A stretch of DNA of 24,720 nt from Fibrobacterales bacterium. Lineage in GTDB: Bacteria; Fibrobacterota; Fibrobacteria; Fibrobacterales; JAOPTW01. The position numbers and the translations under genes are program-made. Shown piece by piece: positions 8,844-16,722 of the stretch (position 1 is the stretch's first letter; the number at the start of each line of letters is the position of its first letter). Under the pieces are notes generated by a model. That model did not search any database and was not told the DNA's origin. It worked only from the letters and a program-made list of their open reading frames with translations. Where the stretch lies: assembly GCA_051532035.1 (NCBI GenBank), contig JAOPTW010000021.1, forward strand, positions 1 to 24,720, given 5' to 3'.

Positions 8844-9911
8844 CTAACCGTTTAGTTTATCGAGCTCTACCATTGAGTCTGTATTCATAATAGCAATACT
8901 TTTAAAGTCTTCGCTGATACTCAAAAACGCATCGGTTACATCAGGACAGAAATGTTTCCCGCGCTCTTCTTTGATAATGGCAACTGCTTCAGAGTGAGAA
9001 TACGCATCGCGATAGAGGGTAATACTAATTAGAGCATCATACACATCAACTAAGCCCATAATACGACTAAAAATAGAAGTTTCAGCGCCCTTAAGGCCCC
9101 GCGGATACCCTGAACCATCCCACCGCTCATGGTGGCTATAGACAATATCGCTGGCAAATGTTAAAAATTCTGTATTATTGAGCTTATTCTCAATGCCTTT
9201 AAGCGCATCATATCCTGCTGTTGTATGGATTTTTATCTTCTCAAACTCACCAGGACTCAGCGTTCCTTTTTTATAGAGAATGGAGTCAGGGACTGCAGCT
9301 TTACCAATGTCGTGCAGTGGGGCTGCCAAAAAGAGAGACATTATCTGTGTGTCAGAAACCTCATCCCTATAGGTATCATCTTTTTGTAGTTCAAGAGCCA
9401 GTGCTTTTGCATAATTTTGCATTCGTTTTACATGCCCTTTCGGCTCGGTAGAACGATAATCCGACGCAGCATCAATAAAATCCAATAGAATTGTTTGCGT
9501 AATCGCAAACTCATTGGTTTCCATTATGGTATTTATATTAGATATGCGTGATGGATTGAGCGCACAATAATTTTTTATTCGGTTGAGTAATACACCATCA
9601 AATACAGGTATTTCAACAATATCCACATTTGATTGTTCAAAGAGTCTTGGATATTTTTCAATCTTCTCTTTTGGTACAAAACAGAGAAAGGGGAGTGCTT
9701 TAAACTGCTCAATTGCATGTAAAAGCTCTATCACATAGAGAGTATCTGGAGCTGTTTTTTCCACCAGTACTATACTTGGAAAAAAATTACGAGCAAGTGT
9801 TGGGAGCTCAGTTTTATCATACGTAATTTGTAATTGGTACCGGTCATTCAATAACGATTCAAGGTAACTGACAAATTTTTCTGTTTGGGCAAAAACAAGG
9901 ATTGTATTCAT
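8844..9911 (-). CDS. HD-GYP c-di-GMP phosphodiesterase with N-terminal degenerate receiver domain (RpfG-like)
   Basis: HVKRM, LHDIGK, HTTAG, HHERWDGSGYPRGL and DVYDAL. The first ~115 aa show a REC-like beta/alpha pattern. Confidence 0.9.
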   Translation of the reverse strand: MNTILVFAQTEKFVSYLESLLNDRYQLQITYDKTELPTLARNFFPSIVLVEKTAPDTLYVIELLHAIEQFKALPFLCFVPKEKIEKYPRLFEQSNVDIVEIPVFDGVLLNRIKNYCALNPSRISNINTIMETNEFAITQTILLDFIDAASDYRSTEPKGHVKRMQNYAKALALELQKDDTYRDEVSDTQIMSLFLAAPLHDIGKAAVPDSILYKKGTLSPGEFEKIKIHTTAGYDALKGIENKLNNTEFLTFASDIVYSHHERWDGSGYPRGLKGAETSIFSRIMGLVDVYDALISITLYRDAYSHSEAVAIIKEERGKHFCPDVTDAFLSISEDFKSIAIMNTDSMVELDKLNG

Positions 9912-9980
9912 AGCATAGACATCTTCGTTGGATTGGCTTAAATATAGACTAATTCAGTAGATACTCTATACATTGAACGT

Positions 9981-10013
9981 AAAAAAAGAGCACCTTTTTC
10001 AAAGTGCTCTTTT
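9981..10013 (-). terminator. Rho-independent terminator of the fliD-fliS-fliT-like operon
   Basis: AAAAGAGCAC-N10-GTGCTCTTTT inverted repeat. On the minus strand it ends in a 7-U run (9981-9987), about 30 nt after the stop at 10043. Confidence 0.82.
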
Positions 10014-10042
10014 AAATGAGTGCCCTACAAACCAGTGAGGTG

Positions 10043-10462
10043 TTATGAGATTAGAGGCCTGGCCTGAGGAGCTTTCATATATGCTGAAATTGCATGAACA
10101 CGAGTTGTGTTTCCTGCTAGTTTTTTACGACACTCAGATAGTCGCTGTGCAACATTTTGTTGTATTTTAATATTTTGACGTCTTAACAAAGGTTCAAGGT
10201 CAAAAATTCGGGAACGTTTTTCTGCTACAAATGCCTCTTCTGTTTTCGAGAGTGTACCTGATTGAAGTGCTTGATCCATTGTATCTTTACTCTCTTTGGA
10301 GAGCATTTGGGTTTTGTTTAAAATTCTATGGCGATGGTCAGTGTGTTTCACAATCTCATCATCACTACCTACAATCAAACTTTCCCCTACTTCAAGTGCG
10401 AGTTGAAAGAGGGTATAGAGTTTTTCAAGTCTCTCAGATATTTCTTCAACAACAGTCTGCAT
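10043..10462 (-). CDS. Helical flagellar export chaperone, FliT/FlgN-like (putative)
   Basis: 139-aa all-helical/coiled-coil protein 2 nt after fliS, in the position FliT occupies in fliDST operons. Ends in an AISAY motif. The call rests mainly on synteny. Confidence 0.55.
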   Translation of the reverse strand: MQTVVEEISERLEKLYTLFQLALEVGESLIVGSDDEIVKHTDHRHRILNKTQMLSKESKDTMDQALQSGTLSKTEEAFVAEKRSRIFDLEPLLRRQNIKIQQNVAQRLSECRKKLAGNTTRVHAISAYMKAPQARPLIS

Positions 10463-10464
10463 AG

Positions 10465-10965
10465 CTACCCCACAATACTCACATATGATTTTTGATTAAC
10501 CCGCATGTCGACACTTCCGCTTCTACGACACTGTTCTGCCGCATCAACCCATGCCTCTCTCAAGGTCTGGAGCATCTCCTGAATTTGTGCAATATGTTCT
10601 TTACTATTTTTTAAATTTGCTTCGCTGAGATGATAATTATAAAATTCATAAAGTGTAAAAAGGTTTTGGGCTATATCACCACCTTTGTCATGATCCAGCG
10701 CACAACTGAGCTCAGTGATGCCATCTTGCACTTTAAAAATTGCTTTGGTTCTTGATTCTATTTGATTGGCATCGGCTGCCTCTACTGCTTTTTTACACCA
10801 TTTAATACAGTGGTCATAAATCATAACAATGAGTTGACCACGGTCTGCTGTTTCGATATCAGTATTAGTATACGCAGATTTAATTTGAGAGCTCACCTTT
10901 GAAGCGTAGCTACTTGCTGCTGCAGCATTCATCTGTTTTCCGTATGCATTATATCCTGTACTCAT
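10465..10965 (-). CDS. fliS: Flagellin export chaperone FliS
   Basis: AY...IETADRGQLIVMIYD, ITELSCALDHDKGGDIAQNLFTLY and LREAW motifs, directly downstream of fliD. Confidence 0.93.
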   Translation of the reverse strand: MSTGYNAYGKQMNAAAASSYASKVSSQIKSAYTNTDIETADRGQLIVMIYDHCIKWCKKAVEAADANQIESRTKAIFKVQDGITELSCALDHDKGGDIAQNLFTLYEFYNYHLSEANLKNSKEHIAQIQEMLQTLREAWVDAAEQCRRSGSVDMRVNQKSYVSIVG

Positions 10966-10977
10966 CTCATTCCCCTT

Positions 10978-13023
10978 TTACAGCTTCGACATTGCAGACA
11001 TGAAAGACCCGCTCTGTGATTGTAACCGAGACATACTCTGCTCCATATCACTGAACTGTTTAACTAATCGGCTTTTAAAAGCTTCAACTTTATCCCAAAG
11101 GTTCTCTATTTTATCTTCGTAATCACGAACCCTTTTTTCATTGGACTCTTTTGTCTGTTTAAAGAGACCATCTACATAATCATTATGTGCTTCATATAAA
11201 TTATGAAGTTTACTTGCTAACCCATGAGTAAATTCCATGGTGCCCGTACCTGTTCCCGAAGGAGCTTTCACAGAGAGTCCATTTGCTTCTCCACTTTTTG
11301 CAATTAATATCTGCCCAATTCGTTTCGCGGCAACACCGTTAATCGTATCATTATCAGCATCAATAACAAAACTTCCCGTTTGGGTATCATCAGTGTACTT
11401 ACCCATTTCGTGAAGGTTATTATCAGAATTACCCTGAGCAACAAAGAGTGCACGTACCCCTTCAAAATCCATAGAGAGTGCTTTTTCGAGGTCTTCCGAG
11501 TCTATCTCTAAATGACCTGATGTAGAATTTGTGGTAATCCCAATACGTGAAAGTGAAGTGTACTGAGTTTGCGTCGACAACTCTTCAATAGCACCTGTCA
11601 TCATGTTCCGGAGCTCTTGTTTAAGGCGTCTTACCGTTGAATCACCAGAGAAAACCCCTTTATCTTCAACTTCAGATTGCGAGCTACTATCGCCTGCTTC
11701 TTTTTCTTTAACATTGACTTTTGATTTTTCATCAATGAAGTCCATCACTGAATTAAACTGCTCTATAAAGCCTTTTATGCGTTCTTCAATACCTTTATAA
11801 TCACGAGTTAAAGAGACTTTTACCACTTCACCAGGAACCTCTGGCAACCCATGAAAGTTAATTTTTGTACCGCGTACTGTGTCTTCATCAGAATTTGATT
11901 GCGCACTCATTGCAAGGCCATCAATCTTATAAAATGATTTTTTGCCCTCTGCAAGTACGTTATTAAAAAGATTCACTACTTTTGAAGCACCCATATTAAG
12001 TGAAGAGCCACTTGCATCTACATCATTGAATGTAAGGTCAAGTGTCATTTCATTGAGCCCACCGGTTGTGTCTTGTAACACTATTTCACCCGATTGATTG
12101 AGTGATGCAGTCACCGAGCCACCATACGCTCCTTCGATGGCAGTAAGAAGATCATCAACGGTATTTGCTGCTGGGTCAAAAACAAAGTCTGTTGCCACAA
12201 CTGCAGAACCATCAGCCAGAGTACCATTTATAGTAATACTATCATTAAGACTAAGATTGTTAAGCCCCAGACCTGTTGAAAGTTGATCAAGGGTATCCGT
12301 ATCAGAAACGGCCATTCCTGCTTGATTAACGAGATTAAAATCAGTGCGGACCGCCTGTGTTACAGCCCCACCATTTTCAGATAAAAAACCGAGACCAGTC
12401 GAGCCCAACACACTACCAATGGTATCTTTCATAAAAAATCCATCGGTACCTTCATCAATACTTGTTATGATAAGACGGTGGTCAGTATCAGAAAGAGAGA
12501 GAATTGATGCACTAATACCCGCTCCATCAGTACTATTAATTTTTGTAGCGATATCCTTGAGCGTATCAGTTGTCGCTATCTCTATTTCTATTGTTGTTTC
12601 TGTAGGATCATTTGCAATAGCGGATTTAGTTTTTGACACTTCGAAAGTACCGGCCAATCCAGCAGTCGATGTAAATGAACTAAATGATTGTGAGCCAGCT
12701 TTCTGTTTTGAAGCAAGCTGCTGTACTTCTATTTCAAACGAACCTGCTGAAGCGCCTTCATCACCCTCTAGGGTAACAACTTCATCATCATCAGATTTTG
12801 ATGTGAATAGATTAAATGAATCTTTGTCTGCCATATTTTTGGCGAGACCTGCCAGTGTTCCAATGCGGCCAGTAAGGTCATTAAATGACTCTTGCCTTGC
12901 CTCTACAACTTTTTTCTTATTTTCAACACGGGCGACACGAGTCATCTCAATTTCTGAAAGCCCATCAATGATAGCATTGGTATCTATCCCCGAGACCATG
13001 CCTCCTGCAGATAATCCAGCCAT
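10978..13023 (-). CDS. fliD: Flagellar filament cap protein (HAP2) FliD, 681 aa
   Basis: N-terminal GMVSGIDTNAIIDGL, AGSFEIEVQQLA, FIEQFNSVM, LSRIGIT..GHLEID, and C-terminal RLVKQFSDMEQSMSRLQSQ. GAGG RBS. Confidence 0.95.
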   Translation of the reverse strand: MAGLSAGGMVSGIDTNAIIDGLSEIEMTRVARVENKKKVVEARQESFNDLTGRIGTLAGLAKNMADKDSFNLFTSKSDDDEVVTLEGDEGASAGSFEIEVQQLASKQKAGSQSFSSFTSTAGLAGTFEVSKTKSAIANDPTETTIEIEIATTDTLKDIATKINSTDGAGISASILSLSDTDHRLIITSIDEGTDGFFMKDTIGSVLGSTGLGFLSENGGAVTQAVRTDFNLVNQAGMAVSDTDTLDQLSTGLGLNNLSLNDSITINGTLADGSAVVATDFVFDPAANTVDDLLTAIEGAYGGSVTASLNQSGEIVLQDTTGGLNEMTLDLTFNDVDASGSSLNMGASKVVNLFNNVLAEGKKSFYKIDGLAMSAQSNSDEDTVRGTKINFHGLPEVPGEVVKVSLTRDYKGIEERIKGFIEQFNSVMDFIDEKSKVNVKEKEAGDSSSQSEVEDKGVFSGDSTVRRLKQELRNMMTGAIEELSTQTQYTSLSRIGITTNSTSGHLEIDSEDLEKALSMDFEGVRALFVAQGNSDNNLHEMGKYTDDTQTGSFVIDADNDTINGVAAKRIGQILIAKSGEANGLSVKAPSGTGTGTMEFTHGLASKLHNLYEAHNDYVDGLFKQTKESNEKRVRDYEDKIENLWDKVEAFKSRLVKQFSDMEQSMSRLQSQSGSFMSAMSKL

Positions 13024-13061
13024 TTTATAACCTCATGTTCCTCTATATCCTCTATTACTGT

Positions 13062-13088
13062 ATATCGACTCTTTAAAAGTCGCACTTA
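13062..13088 (-). promoter_or_regulatory. Sigma28 (FliA) promoter of fliD
   Basis: Minus strand reads TAAG-N15-GTCGATAT, matching the consensus TAAA-N15-GCCGATAA with exact spacing, about 40 nt upstream of the fliD ATG. Confidence 0.8.
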
Positions 13089-13207
13089 ATGGTTTTTTCA
13101 TATTCTCACCGTTTAACCCGTTGAAAACAGTGGGCTTAGCCCTTATTAAAGTAATTTGTCCATTTTTACCTGAAATTCTACACAAACAATATTCCTATAG
13201 TCATCAT

Positions 13208-13250
13208 AAAAAAGCCTTTACACCACAAACTCCACAAATATTTAAAGGCT
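13208..13250 (-). terminator. Possible terminator downstream of the DUF2225-like gene and repeat pair
   Basis: AGCCTTTA (13213-13220)/TAAAGGCT (13243-13250) inverted repeat followed by a U run on the minus strand. The 22-nt loop is unusually large and holds two CCACAAA copies. Confidence 0.35.
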
Positions 13251-13367
13251 AAAATTTCAATTTATACAAAGCAGGAGAGGCGTACGACGACGCAAATCAC
13301 GAAACATACATCAGTATGTGAGGGTTTAAGGAGTACAACAAAGTACCGCACAGTCAGTACGAGATGC
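13251..13367 (+). repeat. Palindromic intergenic repeat, copy 1 (degenerate 3' end)
   Basis: About 80% identical to copy 2 over the first ~70 nt (hand alignment). Core ACATAC-ATCA-GTATGT at 13304-13319. Confidence 0.85.
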
Positions 13368-13491
13368 AAAATTTCGATTTATGCAAAGTAGAACAAGGCG
13401 TGTGAAGACGAAAGGCACGAAGCATACATCAGTATGTGAATGCCTTGAGGATGAACACAACGCAGTAATGCGAAGCAGAAATCTAAATTTT
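13368..13491 (+). repeat. Palindromic intergenic repeat, copy 2 (complete, 17-bp imperfect terminal inverted repeats)
   Basis: Termini AAAATTTCGATTTATGC / GCAGAAATCTAAATTTT (15/17 complementary). Nested stems GCGT-GTG/CAC-A-ACGC, AAGGCA/TGCCTT, and core GCATAC-ATCA-GTATGT (13422-13437). Confidence 0.85.
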
Positions 13492-14492
13492 TATTTTGGG
13501 GGCTTGGGGAGATCCCACAGGTCTTCATACTCCCGATCATCCCAGAGGTTTTGGGCGGTATCTTTCCATCGATTAATAGAGACAAGAAGGCCCTGTTGAC
13601 TTGGATTACTGGTATCCTGTTCAAGTTCTGATTTGATACGGTCCAGAACGCTCATAAACTGTCGCGCCTCTTTCTCTCTCCCCCCAACACGAAGCAACAA
13701 TGCTGCAATAACATAGCAGGTACGGTACTCAACGTCTTCACTGGGATAATCTGAGTTTTCAAAAGCAACCTTATAAAAATCAAGCGCTTCTTTAAGGGCG
13801 GGAGTGTCGTCATTCCCTTGCATTTGTTCAAAAAGGGCTATTTTAAGCGCATAAGAGCCTGCTTTATAGGCCGCATAAGGACCTTTGTCTATAATTTCAA
13901 TTTGGGCCCGCATAATTGCCAGCCTATAAGAGAGTATTGACTGTTTTATGTCTTTTTTAGGTTCAAACAGATTGTTTGTACCACTATTTTCATCAAAAAA
14001 GACTCTTCTATCCTCAGTCTCTTCTTCAAGCTCATTTATGATAATACGCGAAAGCTGGGAGGGCTTCTCAGATCGAGTCACATTTGAGAAGGTGATAAAA
14101 TCATTTCTGTCGGGGCTTGCAAAATAACATTTGTTACAAGCCGTGACTGCACAGCGATTATAATCGACACTTTGGAATCCACTGGCACCTGAATATGTTG
14201 GTGCAAAAAACCGGTTATTAGTAATGACGAGTGATTTGGCCTTAAGTGCTTGTGAGTTAAGGTCAACGGTACCACAAACTGGACACGTTACCTTTATCGT
14301 GTATATGGGGGACTCCAAGCCAGAGTCTCCATCTAATTCAACTTCCTCGGTATCTACATCAAAATCATCGCGAAGCGCTTTAATATTTTTCATAGCAACT
14401 CGTTCGCCAAACTTTTCGATATACTTATCGACGAGAGCGGCATCATCATTGAGAAACAATCCGAGTCTTTTTCTTACACTTTCATCAGCCAC
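13491..14492 (-). CDS. DUF2225-like protein (Zn-ribbon CxxC...CxxC plus TPR-like helices) with extra N-terminal domain
   Basis: VTCPVCG and ACNKCYFA pairs, SYRLA...AYKAGSYALKIA...ALDFYKVAF...YVIAAL helical repeats. The GTG at 14492 has an AGGGG RBS and is preferred over the TTG at 14546; the start is uncertain. Confidence 0.72.
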   Translation of the reverse strand: MADESVRKRLGLFLNDDAALVDKYIEKFGERVAMKNIKALRDDFDVDTEEVELDGDSGLESPIYTIKVTCPVCGTVDLNSQALKAKSLVITNNRFFAPTYSGASGFQSVDYNRCAVTACNKCYFASPDRNDFITFSNVTRSEKPSQLSRIIINELEEETEDRRVFFDENSGTNNLFEPKKDIKQSILSYRLAIMRAQIEIIDKGPYAAYKAGSYALKIALFEQMQGNDDTPALKEALDFYKVAFENSDYPSEDVEYRTCYVIAALLLRVGGREKEARQFMSVLDRIKSELEQDTSNPSQQGLLVSINRWKDTAQNLWDDREYEDLWDLPKPPK

Positions 14493-14646
14493 AAGAGCGC
14501 CCCTATTCATTTGTACCCAGCCAAGGCATGCAAGGTATCTATCCAATTTTCCAATTCAAACCAGCAATGCACCATAGAACAAGGACAAAACCCCTTGAAA
14601 TAGGTATACTAGTCAATGTAATTTATTATACCATATTTGTTGAAAA

Positions 14647-15615
14647 ATGGACCCTAAATCCCCCCATTTTAAAATTTTCATCCTCTACCCTTTTGTAGTT
14701 CTCTATAGGGCTTCATCACTTGTGCATAAAAAACTTTTTTTACGCCAACCCAAAGAGCACTTGAGGCTTACTCCTCTTTTACGCATTGGGGGGCTCTGCT
14801 CTGGCGGAGAGCACAAAACTCCTGTCACCCAACATCTTTGCCACTATTTTTCAAAAAGGGGATACTCGTGTGCAATTCTCGCCTACGACATCTATAACTC
14901 TGGTAAAGGTAATGACTCAAAAGTACTTCCACAAGCCCCCATAATAGTCGGCTCAGATGAGGCACAAATGCACGCCAATACCAGTGGCTCTCCAGTTTTT
15001 ATCACCCGAAATAGATTTAAGAGCTGGAAGAAATTGTCAACTCAAGGTTTTGACCTTATACTTTCTGACGGCGGTATTGAAGATCCTAGACTCGACACAG
15101 CTTATACTATTTGCCTAAAAAAATATCCTTTCCCAAAATCTCTTAAGAATCTCCTTCCTATTGGTCGACATAGAAGCTTTCTCACAGATCACCCTACCAT
15201 CCAAGAAATCTGGTACCATAATTCCATAGTACCAGAACAGACTTCCATTGATACCTATTCATTTTCTTCAGAGAGTTCTACGCCATTAAGCGCCTCGGGC
15301 GTGCCTCTCCCACAACATGCAGCAGTCACCGTTATAACCGCGATCGCGGATAATTGTGGGCTCTTACGCCACCTACAGCATAGCAATTACACTATACAAA
15401 CGGTTGTTTCACTCACAAATCACACCCGAACCTTTGCTCAAAAGTTAGAGTATCATTGCAATACAAACCCAAATGATTTTTTTGTGATTACCGATAAAGA
15501 TGCCGTGAAATGCTCGACTGATATACTCAAGAAGTACAAGATCTATACTTCTTCATTATCAGTATCTACCGACCGTAATTTAAACGAATTAGAAGAAAAT
15601 ATTTTTAGAAATTAA
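14647..15615 (+). CDS. lpxK: Tetraacyldisaccharide 4'-kinase (LpxK)-like protein, highly diverged
   Basis: N-terminal amphipathic LYPFVVLYR, IGGLCSGGEHKTP (P-loop position), GSDEA, LLPIGRHR (LLPxGxLRE), AIAD, NH and ITDKDAVK (TEKDAVK). 322 aa. Confidence 0.8.
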   Translation: MDPKSPHFKIFILYPFVVLYRASSLVHKKLFLRQPKEHLRLTPLLRIGGLCSGGEHKTPVTQHLCHYFSKRGYSCAILAYDIYNSGKGNDSKVLPQAPIIVGSDEAQMHANTSGSPVFITRNRFKSWKKLSTQGFDLILSDGGIEDPRLDTAYTICLKKYPFPKSLKNLLPIGRHRSFLTDHPTIQEIWYHNSIVPEQTSIDTYSFSSESSTPLSASGVPLPQHAAVTVITAIADNCGLLRHLQHSNYTIQTVVSLTNHTRTFAQKLEYHCNTNPNDFFVITDKDAVKCSTDILKKYKIYTSSLSVSTDRNLNELEENIFRN

Positions 15616-15665
15616 GCTTTAGCAGGCTCAAACTATTATTCGGTATGCATTGTTAGGAGTTGCCA

Positions 15666-16481
15666 TTACTCTTTATTTTTTGACTTATCAATATACATAA
15701 GCTCATCCACTTTTGACAACACCTCTTCAAAAGGCTCACCAATACCAATCTGAATAAGGCCATATGAGAATGAGATGTTAAATGAATTACCTTGAGTTTT
15801 TACCGGCTTCAATTTGAGTTCTGTTCGCATTTTTTCGAGCTCTGCTTCAAGAAAATAGATGTTGTTATTTTCGCAATAGACCAAAAACTCATCGCCTCCG
15901 TAACGAATAATTCTAATAGATTTATCTATAGTCTGCAGCTTTTGCATAAGATAACAAATAAGAGAGAGCACTTTGTCGCCTACTAAATGACCATACGTAT
16001 CATTCACCTCTTTAAAGGTATCAAGATCTACCAAAGCCATTGAACCAGTCACTTTAAATTGCTGATCATTTAAAAGAACATCCCGCAGCCATTTTCTATT
16101 ATAGGCCCCTGTTAGTGAATCCTCATGAATATCATTCTCAAGTTCCTGTAACCGCTCTTCAAGTTTTTGTATATCTGTTTGAGCCTGTTTGAGAGCTGAC
16201 TGATCATTATTGACCATTGCTGTCGATGCAGAAGTTGTTGTTGTTTTTAATGAATCAAAACTTTCCCGAGTCTGTTTGTCAAAGGCTTCTAACTGTAGAA
16301 TAGAATTTTCTAAAAGGTCATCACTCACTTTACCATCGAGTACCGCATTAGCGTCAAAACCAAGATCTTGAGCTACTTCTAAAAAAGTCTTTTCAAATAT
16401 TTTTGGAGTTAATATGTCAATTTCTGTAACCTTTTTTAAGGCTATATCAGAAATTTTTTTAATATCAAATTCTCTTAACAT
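15666..16481 (-). CDS. Diguanylate cyclase (coiled coil + GGDEF)
   Basis: DSLTGAYNR, VDLDTFKEVNDTYGHLVGDKVL, RYGGDEF and VDELMYIDK, with a cytoplasmic coiled-coil N-terminus. Confidence 0.93.
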   Translation of the reverse strand: MLREFDIKKISDIALKKVTEIDILTPKIFEKTFLEVAQDLGFDANAVLDGKVSDDLLENSILQLEAFDKQTRESFDSLKTTTTSASTAMVNNDQSALKQAQTDIQKLEERLQELENDIHEDSLTGAYNRKWLRDVLLNDQQFKVTGSMALVDLDTFKEVNDTYGHLVGDKVLSLICYLMQKLQTIDKSIRIIRYGGDEFLVYCENNNIYFLEAELEKMRTELKLKPVKTQGNSFNISFSYGLIQIGIGEPFEEVLSKVDELMYIDKSKNKE

Positions 16482-16722
16482 CGCATATCCACAATGAGTA
16501 GCTCAGGTTTTACATTGGTAAAACATCGAACTACTTCGTCACTTTTGTACCCTTATAATCAAGGGATCTTACTCCACTTAGAATGAGTGTACCGATTTTT
16601 TAGAAAATTTACCACTCTTTTACTCACCAATTTTCCGTATTTCGACAAATTGCCCCATACACCCTCACCTCAAACACCGATTAGTACTCCTAAATACCTT
16701 AAAAAAAGCTATTTTTACCCCT

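Noticed and set aside
12344..13030. 228-aa plus-strand ORF
   Set aside because: Exact antisense shadow of fliD, Ser/Val-rich, with no RBS or recognisable motif.
13285..13345. c-di-GMP-I riboswitch suggested by GACGCAAA near flagellar and c-di-GMP genes
   Set aside because: No GGCAAAC...GAAA tetraloop stem before it and no CTAA receptor after it. It is on the strand opposite fliD and is explained by the repeat.
13251..13491. CRISPR array or integron attC interpretation of the tandem repeats
   Set aside because: Only two long degenerate units, no identical short repeats with unique spacers, no cas or intI gene, and no RYYYAAC...GTTRRRY ends.
13379..13624. ORFs 13381-13599 (+) and 13379-13624 (-)
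   Set aside because: They overlap repeat copy 2 and the 3' end of the DUF2225-like gene, with no RBS or protein features.
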